The notes: generated by a model from the sequence alone, not told the origin. Numbered from the stretch's first letter, positions 27,671 to 37,607 are shown. The stretch is DNA of 49,462 nucleotides from Planctomycetota bacterium (GCA_016209605.1 JACQVS010000003.1:1-49462); one strand, 5' to 3'. Made by a program: numbers and translations.

Positions 27671-28774
27671 ATGAGCCTTCCCCATACGGCCTCCATCGCC
27701 CTGGAGGCATCGTCGCTGCTCGTTGTGGCCCCCTCGGGGGTGGCCGTATTCGGCAGGTCCTTGATTCAAGGGCTGCGAGAAAAATGGGAGGAAAGCCGCC
27801 TGCGATTGATCTATCGCGTGAGCCGCTGGCCCCGGCGCCGTTTCCTGGCCGACCTTGGCCTCGCCGCCTCGCCGTATCTCACCGGCCGCTTCCTCCATCG
27901 CCGCCATCCCCTTCTCCATGCCCTTGACACCCGATGCCCGGAGTCGTACCGAGGAGTCCTGGTGGCGACGGTCTTCGACGTCATCTCCGCCTTGCCGGTG
28001 GCGCGCGAGCGCCGGCTCTCGACCGCCCGGTTCCGGGCAGAGAAGTGCCGGCAGTACGAAGCCATCGCCCGGAGGGCGGCGGCCATCGTCACCGTTTCCG
28101 AAGAAACGCGCCTCCAGCTGGAGCGAGCCTTTTCCCCTCGCGGCAAGGTGGTGGTGGCCTATCCGGGCGTCGACCCTCTCTTCCACCCCCGGCGGGCCGA
28201 TCCGCGGGTGCTCGAGCGGCACGGCGTGGGGGAGAAACCCTATCTCCTCTTTGTCGGGGACCTGGCCGCTCGCAAGAACCTGGAGGCCGTCTTCAAAGCC
28301 TACTGGCGGGCCCGGTCGGAGCGCTCGGATTTGCGGCTCGTGATCGCCGGCCGGCCCAGCTTTGGCTGGGAGGAGAGCCCGGCACGAGCCAGGCTCTCCT
28401 CCCGTCCCGAGGGCATCCACCTGTTGGGCTACGTGCCCAGGGATGATCTGGCCGCCCTTTACGCCGGCGCCCGGGCTTTCCTTTTCCTGTCCCATTATGA
28501 AGGCTTCGGCATGCCGGTCCTCGAGGCCATGGCCTCGGGAGCGCCGGTGGTGGCAGCGCGTCGGGGAGGGATCCCCGAAGCCGCCGGGCCGGCGGCGCTG
28601 CTGGTCGATCCGGACCAGGAGGCCGAGGTCGACCGCGCCGTGGCGGAGATTTTGAGCGACCCGCGGCGGGCCGGCCAGCTGCGGGAGGCCGGCCTCGCCC
28701 GGGCCGCGCTGTTTTCCTGGGAAGCGTGCGCCGGAGCAGTCACCAGGCTCTATCGAGATCTTTTGGGCCGATAA
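27671..28774 (+). CDS. Glycosyltransferase family 4 (GT-B, retaining).
   Basis: EGFGMPVLEAMASGAPVVAARRGGIPE is the classic GT4 E-x7-E motif. Start refined to the ATG at 27671, directly after the upstream stop; the ORF track extends it artefactually to 27452. Confidence 0.8.
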   Translation: MSLPHTASIALEASSLLVVAPSGVAVFGRSLIQGLREKWEESRLRLIYRVSRWPRRRFLADLGLAASPYLTGRFLHRRHPLLHALDTRCPESYRGVLVATVFDVISALPVARERRLSTARFRAEKCRQYEAIARRAAAIVTVSEETRLQLERAFSPRGKVVVAYPGVDPLFHPRRADPRVLERHGVGEKPYLLFVGDLAARKNLEAVFKAYWRARSERSDLRLVIAGRPSFGWEESPARARLSSRPEGIHLLGYVPRDDLAALYAGARAFLFLSHYEGFGMPVLEAMASGAPVVAARRGGIPEAAGPAALLVDPDQEAEVDRAVAEILSDPRRAGQLREAGLARAALFSWEACAGAVTRLYRDLLGR

Positions 28775-28910
28775 TTTGTAGCAAGATGGAGGATTTGATA
28801 ATAACATCCCTTTCTGGCAAAACCATTTTCCAATGGCGCCCGTTCCGTTGCCGTTCCATTGCCAATACCTTTCCATTGGCAGCCGGAATCCGTTATACTG
28901 TTTGGTTTTC

Positions 28911-29825
28911 ATGAAGATCAACCCTCAGAGATCCCAAAAATTATTGCTTCTGCTCAGCGGAGTGGCGGCGGCGTGGCTTCTTCCACCCTTCTTGCCAGCG
29001 GACGAGATAATTTTGCGCACCGGCGCAAAGGTGCAGGGGCTGGCCTTGCACGAGACCGGCCGCGCCTGGGTGGTTTTGACCGCCGCCGGCATTCAAGTCG
29101 TCGCCAAAGAAGAAATCCAGCTCATCGCTAAAAAGGCATTGCCCAGGGACAGCGAGCTGTCGGCCTGGGTGGGCAGGACACTTTTCACCACCGCGTCCTT
29201 GAAGAGGGATCTCCGGAAAGCCATGGCAGCGCAGGCGGGAGCCGGCGTCGCGCTGGAAGTCGACGGCATCATCGATGGGAAAGCCCTCCCGCCGGAGGAT
29301 TTCGAGTACAGCCGCGGCCGCCTCGACTATTTCTTTCAGAACCATACCAAGGGCCAGTTCAGTTTAGTGGAGAGACAAGAGGAGAAGAAAGAGGGTAGCA
29401 AGCCGCCGGAATTCCGCCTGGCCATCGATGCCCGCGCCGGCTGGGAAAAGGATCTCACCTTTTACGGCCAGAAGATCGGCAGCCGGTTCCGCTGCCGGCT
29501 GGAGTGCCGCCTGGAGCGGCGGGCCAGTGAAAGACTGGCCGATAATGAAAGACTGGCCGATAATGAAAGACTGGCCGATAATGAAAGACTGGCCGATAAT
29601 AAGTGGGCGGTGGTGGAAAAAGTCCTAGTGGTCGAAGATGAAGTAGCCGTCAGAGCGGACATCAACAACACCGAAATGTCGCGGCAGGCTTACAAGCTGG
29701 CCGTTGAAAGGCTGATCGGCCAGCTTGCCGGATTAGAAGTGTTTGGCGGCGCCACGGCGCCGGCAGGGAAAACCGGGACCAAAGAAAATTCCAGTTCCGC
29801 TAAGAAACAGACTCCCGTCGACTGA
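28911..29825 (+). CDS. Hypothetical secreted protein with a perfect ERLADN x4 hexapeptide tandem repeat.
   Basis: Signal peptide MKINPQRSQKLLLLLSGVAAAWLLPPFLPA. No recognisable domain. First gene of a six-gene same-strand cluster. Confidence 0.5.
   Translation: MKINPQRSQKLLLLLSGVAAAWLLPPFLPADEIILRTGAKVQGLALHETGRAWVVLTAAGIQVVAKEEIQLIAKKALPRDSELSAWVGRTLFTTASLKRDLRKAMAAQAGAGVALEVDGIIDGKALPPEDFEYSRGRLDYFFQNHTKGQFSLVERQEEKKEGSKPPEFRLAIDARAGWEKDLTFYGQKIGSRFRCRLECRLERRASERLADNERLADNERLADNERLADNKWAVVEKVLVVEDEVAVRADINNTEMSRQAYKLAVERLIGQLAGLEVFGGATAPAGKTGTKENSSSAKKQTPVD
29529..29600 (+). repeat. Perfect tandem repeat, 4 x 18 nt (GAAAGACTGGCCGATAAT), in frame and encoding ERLADN x4.
   Basis: Exact identity of all four units, read from the sequence (units at 29529, 29547, 29565, 29583). 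Confidence 0.95.
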
Positions 29826-29826
29826 A

Positions 29827-30372
29827 ATGATCGCGAAGCTGACCAAAAGAATTCGAGCTCACAGCCAGCAGGCTCCGACCGGCGGTAATGGGTCCCCGCT
29901 GATCCTGCCCGAGGGCATCCTGCCCTCGGCCTCGCGGTCGGGAGGCCTGACGCCTTCTCCGGGCATCTGGGCCGAGCGAGGCGCCTTCGCCTGGACGGCG
30001 GTTCGCTTGGCTGCCTCCCTCGTCTGGGAGGGGATTTGCTATACGGCTTCCCTTCTGGTTTTCCTGGTGCTCAGGAAGCGACATCAAGGCAGGCTCGACC
30101 AGATTATCTTGAAAAAAAATGCCGGGCTCCCGGCGGAGGCTGCCGGCAGGAAGGTTCTGGTCCTCTTGTTTCTCAGCCTGGGGTGGGTGGCCACGGGACC
30201 GGTGGGCTGCAAGGCCTTCCAGGAGCTGGGCTGGACGACCTACCAGCTCTCCGGCGTCGATGAGCTCAAGCACCCGGTAAGGGAATTGCAGTATGATTTC
30301 GAGATTTTCTCCGATCCAGAGCTGAAAAATCCGGGCCTGGTCGAGACCTTCACGATGATCGGGTGGTACTGA
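29827..30372 (+). CDS. Hypothetical membrane protein (181 aa).
   Basis: Two hydrophobic segments (AVRLAASLVWEGICYTASLLVFLVL; VLVLLFLSLGWVATGPVG). The ATG at 29827 lies 2 nt after the upstream stop. Confidence 0.45.
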   Translation: MIAKLTKRIRAHSQQAPTGGNGSPLILPEGILPSASRSGGLTPSPGIWAERGAFAWTAVRLAASLVWEGICYTASLLVFLVLRKRHQGRLDQIILKKNAGLPAEAAGRKVLVLLFLSLGWVATGPVGCKAFQELGWTTYQLSGVDELKHPVRELQYDFEIFSDPELKNPGLVETFTMIGWY

Positions 30373-30416
30373 AACTGAGAACCTGAGGAGCCAGGGGGGA
30401 AAGAGCTTAGCGATTC

Positions 30417-31061
30417 ATGCAACCGAAACTGGAAAAAGTCAAGATTCGCCGGATCATCGGACCCACTCCCAGCGGCGCGGCGGTGCTCCTGGGGAACGAT
30501 AAAAAGACCTTTGTCGTCTTTGTTGGATTTTATGAAGCGGCGGCGCTGATCCGCGAAATCAACGGCGAGGTCCCGGCCCGCCCGTTGACGCATGAACTCC
30601 TGCAGTCGATCTTTCTGGGATTCGACCTTGAAGTCAAGCAAGTGATCATCTCCAGCATCATCGAGAACACCTTCTGCGCCACCCTCATTCTGCAGCAGAA
30701 GGTGAACGGCATGAGCGGGGAATGGACGGGAAAGCGCAACGAGGTGCGCATCGATGCGCGGCCCAGCGATTGCCTGGTTCTGGCATTGAAGAACAAGGTG
30801 GATATTTTCGTCACCGAAGAGGTGTTCAGTCAGGTTCAAGATGTCTCCAAGATGGCTGCGGAAGGCGAAGGAGGGGCCAATATGTCGATGGAGGCGCTCG
30901 ATTTCGAGCTGCAGCCGAAAACGACCGGCTATGAGGAGGCTTTTGAGGAAGCCTCCGAGCTGGAGGATGACGATGAGCCTGAAGAGGATGAGGAAGAGGA
31001 CAAGGGGGAGGCGGACCCCGGTTTCGAGGAGGAGCCGCCGTTTCAAGGTGGGAAAAAATAA
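30417..31061 (+). CDS. DUF151 bifunctional-nuclease (BFN) domain protein with a poly-acidic C-terminal tail.
   Basis: Matches the remembered BFN pattern: VVFVGFYEAAALIREINGEVPARPLTHELL ... VRIDARPSDCLVLALKNKVDIFVTEEV. C-terminal EDDDEPEEDEEEDKGE. Confidence 0.7.
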   Translation: MQPKLEKVKIRRIIGPTPSGAAVLLGNDKKTFVVFVGFYEAAALIREINGEVPARPLTHELLQSIFLGFDLEVKQVIISSIIENTFCATLILQQKVNGMSGEWTGKRNEVRIDARPSDCLVLALKNKVDIFVTEEVFSQVQDVSKMAAEGEGGANMSMEALDFELQPKTTGYEEAFEEASELEDDDEPEEDEEEDKGEADPGFEEEPPFQGGKK

Positions 31062-31090
31062 ACTGGCTTTTTGACGAGGAACCTGAACGG

Positions 31091-31759
31091 ATGGAAGATC
31101 GCCCTAATCAACCAATCAGCCAAGATAACAGTCAACCCGTCAGCCAACCAACCAGCCAAAAACCCAGCCTGGGTCAAAATTCCTGGCAGCGCTGCCGGCC
31201 TCCCCTCTCCGGATTATTTTCCGGGGCGCTGGCGGTGATCGGTATCATCGCGCTCCTCTCCGCCTGGTTCCACACCGGCGAGCGCGGCGGAACCGGATTC
31301 CCTGGCGCCCTCGCCGCCTTGCCGGAGCTGCGGGCTAGCTTGAAGGACGGGGATTACCTCTTCTTCCCAAACCGCCGCAACATCTGGGTGGTGAACAGCC
31401 GCAGCGGCCGCATCCGGCACTACAAGTTCCTCGACACCGCCGAGGGAACGGTCGAGCGCTCGCATGTCGGCCTGGTGGATCAAAGGATCTTCCCGCCGGA
31501 AGACACCGTTTACGCCATCAGCGAGCGCAACGCCGCGGACCTCCTGTGGGTCTGCAACCACCGCACCGGCGATTTCCAGCTGTGGCGGCGCAACGTCCGC
31601 GATGGCCGCTTGATCACCGATCCGACCCCTGTACCCGGAAGTCAAGATCTTTCTGAAGTTACAAAGGAGGCAGGCGAGGATGAGGAGCCAGCCCAGCCCC
31701 AGCCGGGCTCCTCGAAAACCAGGCCGGCGAGCCGAAGCAGCCAGCCGCGGGGGAAGTAA
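31091..31759 (+). CDS. Hypothetical membrane-anchored protein (Q/S/P-rich N-terminus, single TM).
   Basis: TM LSGLFSGALAVIGIIALLSAWF, then a globular region with no recognisable motif. Confidence 0.45.
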   Translation: MEDRPNQPISQDNSQPVSQPTSQKPSLGQNSWQRCRPPLSGLFSGALAVIGIIALLSAWFHTGERGGTGFPGALAALPELRASLKDGDYLFFPNRRNIWVVNSRSGRIRHYKFLDTAEGTVERSHVGLVDQRIFPPEDTVYAISERNAADLLWVCNHRTGDFQLWRRNVRDGRLITDPTPVPGSQDLSEVTKEAGEDEEPAQPQPGSSKTRPASRSSQPRGK

Positions 31760-31795
31760 ACTCCCGGAAAGGCGCCGTTCGCGAGGGGGAATGGT

Positions 31796-32296
31796 TTGAT
31801 CGATAAAAGACCGGTCCATCTCCTGCCGTATCTGATTTTAGCCTTCTCAGGCTGCTGCTCCTACGCCCACCCTTCCAAGTACTTCGACCGCATCGATCCT
31901 CTCGCCACCGTGAACGGCTTCATCTACGCCATCGACACCGGCCACTGGGACTTCGCCTACGACTGCTTGTCCACCTCCTCGCAAAAGGCGATCACCAGAA
32001 CCCAGCTCAAGTTCTTCCTAAAGTTTGCGGATGATCCGCAGACCGGGAACAGCGTCTGGAATCTGATCCAGCAGGCCGTCCCATTCGACCGCAAAATGCT
32101 CCGCTGGCAGGGAGGCGCGCCCGAAGCCGTGCTGGCGCTCTCTCATGAAGGGGAAGACGCTCAGGGGGTTCCCATCTACCGCCAGGTCAACCTTTACCTG
32201 ATCCTCGAAACCCGCGAGGAGCCGGGCCCGCTCTGGCGGATCGATCTGGAGAGGACCATCCGCGAGCAAGGGGGCGGCGAGGTGAGCCTCCGGTAA
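31796..32296 (+). CDS. Hypothetical lipoprotein (166 aa), possibly NTF2-like fold.
   Basis: Signal/lipobox LILAFSGCCS. The fold guess comes from composition only. Confidence 0.4.
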   Translation: MIDKRPVHLLPYLILAFSGCCSYAHPSKYFDRIDPLATVNGFIYAIDTGHWDFAYDCLSTSSQKAITRTQLKFFLKFADDPQTGNSVWNLIQQAVPFDRKMLRWQGGAPEAVLALSHEGEDAQGVPIYRQVNLYLILETREEPGPLWRIDLERTIREQGGGEVSLR

Positions 32297-32411
32297 TTCC
32301 TTCCCTCCCAAGCGATTATGGGCCGTGTAAAATTCCGTTAAAGTCTCCGCCCGGATCTCCCGATAAATAAGAAACAGGCACTAAGAATCGGGGAGGGCTC
32401 TGCCCCTCCGC

Positions 32412-33404
32412 ATGGATTCAGAAAACTTCTTGAGACGGGAGAGACGGGGAATGTCCAGACATCATCACCGGTCAAAAGACCAAAAGACGTTGGCGAATAA
32501 CCTGACCGCGCCTTCTCGGCCTTCTCAGCCTTCGATGCAGGAGCCGCCGGCTGCCGGAGACAAAAGCGCCTCCGGCCCGGCGGCCTGGGCAACCGGCCCC
32601 CAGCAGCGCGTCCTGCCCCTGGGATTCGGCCTTGCCGAAGAGCTTGGCGATCCTCGGGAGCCGCGCCGGCCCGCGAGCTGTGCCCTGGCGCCGCGCGGCG
32701 GTGACCGGCGGCCCGCGCCGGCGGCTTCCGAAGCTCCCATCCGGGCCCTGCAGGAGATCCAGGAAGTCATCGCCCAGCGCCTCGGACACGTCAGCCGCCG
32801 GCTGGAGGAGATCCACCAAGCGGCCGATTTGCGCGTCGCCGAGCAGCGCAAGGAGACCTGGGTGCTCTTGATCGGCTTAAGCATCGTGCTGCTCTTCTGC
32901 TTTGCGGCCTTTTTCATGAACCAGATCGAGGTGCATGACCTCCACAGCGGCCTGCAAAGCGATCTGGAGCGCCGCTCCGAGGAAACCGTCGAGTCCATTC
33001 AAAAAGCCGTCGCCGAGCTTTACGGCAAGAACCTCCCCAAGCTGCAGGCGGCAATGGAAAAAACGCTCAAGGAGAAGGATCAGCGCGACCACTCGGCGCT
33101 GGGGAAAATCCTTACCGAGCTCGAGTCGCAGGGCTCGAAGAACGAAGCCCAGGTGGAGGAAAGCCAGAAGCTGCTCGAGGACTGCCTGGAGAGGATGGAG
33201 CGCCTGGTCCGGGAGCTGCACACCCTCCAGGCCATGGGCGGAAAGCACGGCTTGCCGCCGGGGCTTCTGGGCATGGACAGCGCGGGAAGGGAAACACCGG
33301 CGGCTGCCGGCCAGCCGGCCGTCGCGGTCTCCGCGGCCCCGGCCCATTTGCTCCCCGAGGTCCTGCCCCCGAAGGTCCTGCCGCCGGGGGCGCAGAAACC
33401 TTGA
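32412..33404 (+). CDS. Hypothetical coiled-coil membrane protein (330 aa).
   Basis: Basic, His-rich N-terminus; TM WVLLIGLSIVLLFCFAAFFM; then a heptad-rich segment (LQSDLERRSEETVESIQKAVAELYGKNLPKLQAAMEKTLKEKDQ...). Confidence 0.45.
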   Translation: MDSENFLRRERRGMSRHHHRSKDQKTLANNLTAPSRPSQPSMQEPPAAGDKSASGPAAWATGPQQRVLPLGFGLAEELGDPREPRRPASCALAPRGGDRRPAPAASEAPIRALQEIQEVIAQRLGHVSRRLEEIHQAADLRVAEQRKETWVLLIGLSIVLLFCFAAFFMNQIEVHDLHSGLQSDLERRSEETVESIQKAVAELYGKNLPKLQAAMEKTLKEKDQRDHSALGKILTELESQGSKNEAQVEESQKLLEDCLERMERLVRELHTLQAMGGKHGLPPGLLGMDSAGRETPAAAGQPAVAVSAAPAHLLPEVLPPKVLPPGAQKP

Positions 33405-33408
33405 GGCT

Positions 33409-34449
33409 CTAATCGCGGCGCGCTGACAATTTTTCGAATTCGAGGGCGTAGGGGCAGGCCACCTGGCGCCCCGCCTCGATCTCTACCAGCGCCGGCGCTT
33501 CCTTGCTGCAGGCCGGCTGCGCGATGGGGCAGCGTGGATGGAAGACGCAGCCGGAGGGTTTCTTGAGGGGCGAGGGGATCTCGCCTCTCAAGGGAAAGCC
33601 GCGAAGGCGAGGGCTCTTCGGGTCGGCCGAGGGGACGGCGGCGAGGAGGGCGCGGGTGTAGGGGTGGCGCGGCTCGTTGTAAATCTGGATCGCCGTGCCG
33701 ATCTCGACCACGGTCCCCAGGTACAGGACGGCGATGCGGTCGCTGACGTGGTGGACGACGCTCAGGTCATGGGCGATGAAGAGGCAAGCGAGGCCGAAGT
33801 CCTTCTGCAGCTCCATCATCAAGTTGACCACTTGCGCGCGCACGGAGACATCGAGGGCGCTCACCGGCTCATCGGCGATGATAAGGCGGGGGCGGGTGAC
33901 CAGCGCCCGCGCGATGCCGATCCGCTGCCTCTGGCCGCCGGAAAACTCGTGGGGGAAGCGAACCGCGGCATCGGGCTGCAAGCCGACGCGCTCGAGGATC
34001 TCGAAGACGCGCTTCTCCCTCTCCCCCCGCCCGCCGCCGGCGTGCAGCCGGAGCGGTCGCTCGATGATCTCTCGCACCGTCATTCTCGGATTAAGGGATG
34101 AGTAAGGGTCCTGGAAGATCATCTGCATCTCGGGCCTCAGGGGCTTGAGCGCCCGCCGCGACAGGCCGTTCAAGTCGATGGCGCGGCCATCGTGGTGGAG
34201 CAGCACCTCTCCTTCGACCTGAACCTCCGGCGACAGGTAGCGCAGCAGGTTGAGGAGGGCGCGGCCGATGGTGGTCTTCCCCGATCCCGATTCGCCCACC
34301 AGGCCCAGGGTCTCGCGCTCCCGGATCTCGAAGGAGACGCCGTCGACGGCTCTCACCTCGGCTATCTTGTGCCTCAGCACGCCGCCGTAAATGGGAAAGG
34401 TGACCTTCAAGCCCCGCACGGTGAGGAGGGGCTTCGAGCTCGCGCTCAT
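33409..34449 (-). CDS. Oligopeptide/dipeptide ABC transporter ATP-binding protein (OppF/DppF type).
   Basis: Walker [10 protein letters not shown], signature [15 protein letters not shown], and the C-terminal oligopeptide-ABC extension with Cys (CVFHPRCP). Start refined to the ATG at 34449 ([16 protein letters not shown]). Confidence 0.85.
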   Translation of the reverse strand: MSASSKPLLTVRGLKVTFPIYGGVLRHKIAEVRAVDGVSFEIRERETLGLVGESGSGKTTIGRALLNLLRYLSPEVQVEGEVLLHHDGRAIDLNGLSRRALKPLRPEMQMIFQDPYSSLNPRMTVREIIERPLRLHAGGGRGEREKRVFEILERVGLQPDAAVRFPHEFSGGQRQRIGIARALVTRPRLIIADEPVSALDVSVRAQVVNLMMELQKDFGLACLFIAHDLSVVHHVSDRIAVLYLGTVVEIGTAIQIYNEPRHPYTRALLAAVPSADPKSPRLRGFPLRGEIPSPLKKPSGCVFHPRCPIAQPACSKEAPALVEIEAGRQVACPYALEFEKLSARRD

Positions 34450-35453
34450 CGGGCGCCTCCTTTCTCCTCGAGGAGATGGCACCGCGCCCAGTGGCCGGGG
34501 CTCGCCTCGACAAGATCCGGCTCCTCGCGGCGGCAGCGCTCGTGGACCTCGGGGCAGCGGGAAGAGAACTTGCAACCCGCGGGGAGGTCGAGGATCGACG
34601 GGACGTTTCCGGGTATGGCGGGGAGCGGCCTCCCCTTGTCCTCGGCGCGCGGGAGACTGCGCAGGAGGCCCTGGGTGTAGGGGTGGAGCGGCCTCTCGAA
34701 AAGCTCCGCCACCGGCGCCGCCTCCTGAATTTTGCCGCCGTACATGACGAGGGCGCGCCGGCAGGTCTCGGCCACCACCGCGAGGTCGTGGGTGATGAGC
34801 AGGATGGCCGAGCCCTGCCGCTCCGCCTGGAGCGTTTTCATGAGGTCGAGGATTTGCGCTTGAATGGTGACGTCGAGGGCGGTGGTGGGCTCATCGGCGA
34901 TGAGGAGCGCCGGCCGGCAAATCAAGGCCATGGCGATCATGACCCGCTGCCGCATGCCGCCCGAAAACTGGTGCGGGTAGTCGCCGAGGCGCTTCCGGGC
35001 GTCGGGGATGCCCACCTGTGAGAGGATCTCGACGACCCGCTCCAGGCCCGCCCGCCGGCCGAGCCCCTCGTGCACCTCGAGGGGCTCGAGGAGCTGCTTG
35101 CCGATTGGAAAAACAGGATTGAGGGAGGTCATGGGCTCCTGGAAGATCATGGCGATCTCCTTGCCGCGGATCCGGCGCATCGCGGCGATCTCGAGCTTCA
35201 AGAGGTCTTGCCCCTTGAAAAGGATCTCCCCGCCGGCGATGCGGCCCTGCGGGCCGGGGATGAGGCGGAGGATGGAGAGCGCCGTCACCGACTTCCCCGA
35301 CCCCGACTCGCCGACCAGGCCGACCAGCTCGTCGGGGAAGATGTCGAAGCTGACGCCGTCGACGGCCCAGGCGGTGCCGCCTTCGATCTCGAAGCCGGTG
35401 CGGAGATCCTTGATCTGGAGCAGGGGGAGGAGGGGAGAGCCGGCGGCGTTCAT
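34446..35453 (-). CDS. Oligopeptide/dipeptide ABC transporter ATP-binding protein (OppD/DppD type).
   Basis: Walker [10 protein letters not shown] and signature [15 protein letters not shown]. Start refined to [17 protein letters not shown] at 35453; the longer ORF-track translation upstream is a GC-rich read-through artefact. Confidence 0.85.
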   Translation of the reverse strand: MNAAGSPLLPLLQIKDLRTGFEIEGGTAWAVDGVSFDIFPDELVGLVGESGSGKSVTALSILRLIPGPQGRIAGGEILFKGQDLLKLEIAAMRRIRGKEIAMIFQEPMTSLNPVFPIGKQLLEPLEVHEGLGRRAGLERVVEILSQVGIPDARKRLGDYPHQFSGGMRQRVMIAMALICRPALLIADEPTTALDVTIQAQILDLMKTLQAERQGSAILLITHDLAVVAETCRRALVMYGGKIQEAAPVAELFERPLHPYTQGLLRSLPRAEDKGRPLPAIPGNVPSILDLPAGCKFSSRCPEVHERCRREEPDLVEASPGHWARCHLLEEKGGAR

Positions 35454-35455
35454 GG

Positions 35456-36559
35456 CTACCTCAGGCGCGAGTGGGACTTCGGGTCGAAGGCCTCGCGGAT
35501 GGCCTCGCCGATGAAGACCACGAGGAGGAGCGTCGCGAACATCGCCCCGAGCGGGAAGACCACCAGGTGCCACTTGAAGATGTTCTGCAGGCCCTGGTTG
35601 ACCAGCTCGCCCCAGCTCGGAGTAGGCGGCCGCAGGCCGAAGCCGAGGAAGTCGAGGGCCACGAGGCTGCTGATGGCGCCGACCAGGGAAAACGGCGCGA
35701 AGCTGATGACCGGCGTCAAACCGTTGGGGAGGAGGTGGCGGAACATCACCGACAGGTTCGACTCCCCCTGGGAAATGGCGGCGGCGGCGTAGTCCTTCGA
35801 CTTTTCGCGGTAAAACTCGCCGCGCATGTAAAAGCTGATGCTGATCCAGCTGAAGATGGCGAGGATGGCGATGAGGATGGACATGTCGGGCTTCATGAGG
35901 GAGCCGATGATCATGATGATGTAGAGGAAGGGCAGGTTGGACCAGATCTCCACCAGGCGCTGGCCGTAGAGGTCGATCCGGCCGCCGAAGTACCCCAGGC
36001 AGGCGCCGATGGCCATGCCGATCAGGTAGCTCAGGCCGACCACGGCGATTCCAAAGGTGATGGAGATCTGGAAGCCGTAGAGCAGCCGGGCAAAAACGTC
36101 GCGGCCCCGGTCGTCGGTCCCCATCCAGTGCCGCCGGCTGGGCGGATGGGGCGGATTGCCCGGCAGCTCCGGGTCGGTGAGCAGGGACTCGTGGGGGTGG
36201 TAGGGGTAGGGGGGCAGGATCACCCAGTTCCCCCTGCCTTCCTCCTCGAACTGCCGCTTCAATTTGCGGTAGTCGGCCTCGCCGACGAGGCGCTGGCCGA
36301 AAGCCTTCGCCTCGTGGAATTTTCCAACGGCCGGAAAGTAGTAGCGGCCGTCGCACTTGACGATGAGAGCTCGGCTATTGACCAGCACCGGCAGGAAAAA
36401 GCTGAGGGCGTAGGCGCCGGTCAAGATGAGGAAGCTGTACCAGCCGCGCTTCAAGGCGCGGAACTTGCGCCAGCGCCGCCGGAGCAGCGAGAGCGGCTTC
36501 GGAGCGCGGCGGAGCGGCGGAGCGGCGGAGGCTGTGGATGGATGGGCGGTTTCTGCCAT
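35456..36559 (-). CDS. ABC transporter permease (OppC/DppC type).
   Basis: Polytopic, with the conserved permease EAA-like region. Adjacent to oppB. Confidence 0.85.
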   Translation of the reverse strand: MAETAHPSTASAAPPLRRAPKPLSLLRRRWRKFRALKRGWYSFLILTGAYALSFFLPVLVNSRALIVKCDGRYYFPAVGKFHEAKAFGQRLVGEADYRKLKRQFEEEGRGNWVILPPYPYHPHESLLTDPELPGNPPHPPSRRHWMGTDDRGRDVFARLLYGFQISITFGIAVVGLSYLIGMAIGACLGYFGGRIDLYGQRLVEIWSNLPFLYIIMIIGSLMKPDMSILIAILAIFSWISISFYMRGEFYREKSKDYAAAAISQGESNLSVMFRHLLPNGLTPVISFAPFSLVGAISSLVALDFLGFGLRPPTPSWGELVNQGLQNIFKWHLVVFPLGAMFATLLLVVFIGEAIREAFDPKSHSRLR

Positions 36560-36566
36560 GACGCGG

Positions 36567-37598
36567 TCACTGGAAGCGGATGCGCGGATCGGTGAGCACG
36601 TAAAGGACGTCGCTCAGGATGTTCCCGAGGAGGATGAGCAGGGTGTTGAAGACCAGGATGCCCATCACCACCGTGAAGTCGCGCTCGTTGATCGAGGTGA
36701 AGCCCAGGTACCCGATGCCGTCGATGTTGAACACTTTCTCGATGAGGTAGCTCCCCGCCATGATGAGGCCGATGGCGTGGCCGAGGCCGGTGCAGATGGG
36801 GATGAGCGAGTTCCTGAGGGCGTGGACGAAGATCACCCGCCGCTCGGAGAGGCCCTTCGCGAAGGCAGTCCGGATGTAGTCCTGGCCGAGGTTTTCCATG
36901 AGCGAGTTCTTGGTCAGGATGGTGAGGGTGGCGAAGCCGCCGAGGGCGTAGCAAAACACTGGGAGGATGGTGTGGTGGAGCTGGTCGATGACCTTTTCGA
37001 AAAGATTGAGCTGTTCCCAGCTCGCGCTGCGGAAGCCGCCCAGGGGGAAGACGTTCCAGAAGCTGCCGCCGCCGAAGAGGACGAGGAGGACAGCGCCCAG
37101 CGCCCAGCCGGGGATGGAGTAGCCGATGAAGACGAGCGCGCTCGAGGCGAAGTCGAAGGCGCTGCCGTGCTTGATGGCCTTCGCGATCCCCAGCGGGATG
37201 CACACCAGGTAGGCGAGGAGGTAGCCGATGAGGCCGAAGTAGATGCTCACCGGGAAGCGCTCGGCGATGAGCTCGAGGACCGGCAGGCCGTACGTGTACG
37301 ACTTGCCGAGGTTGAGGGAGAGGAGATCTCCGAGCCAGAGGAGGTAGGCCCGCCAGATCGGCTTGTCGAAGTGGAAGTGCTTCTTCAGCTCCTCCTTGAC
37401 CGCCTCGGGGATGGCGACGCTGGTCTCCACGCCGGCGCCGCCGGCGCTCTCCCCCCGGCCGCCGCCCATCTGCATGCGGACGATGATCTGCTCGATGGGG
37501 CCCCCGGGGACGAAGCGGGTGATGGCGAAGACGATCACGGTGACCCCGAGGAAGGTCGGGATCATGAGCAGCAGGCGGCGGGCGAAGTAGGCGGCCAT
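36567..37598 (-). CDS. ABC transporter permease (OppB/DppB type).
   Basis: N-terminus MAAYFARRLLLMIPTFLGVTVIVFAITRFVPGGP is typical OppB. Confidence 0.85.
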   Translation of the reverse strand: MAAYFARRLLLMIPTFLGVTVIVFAITRFVPGGPIEQIIVRMQMGGGRGESAGGAGVETSVAIPEAVKEELKKHFHFDKPIWRAYLLWLGDLLSLNLGKSYTYGLPVLELIAERFPVSIYFGLIGYLLAYLVCIPLGIAKAIKHGSAFDFASSALVFIGYSIPGWALGAVLLVLFGGGSFWNVFPLGGFRSASWEQLNLFEKVIDQLHHTILPVFCYALGGFATLTILTKNSLMENLGQDYIRTAFAKGLSERRVIFVHALRNSLIPICTGLGHAIGLIMAGSYLIEKVFNIDGIGYLGFTSINERDFTVVMGILVFNTLLILLGNILSDVLYVLTDPRIRFQ

Positions 37599-37607
37599 GT
37601 CAGGGGA

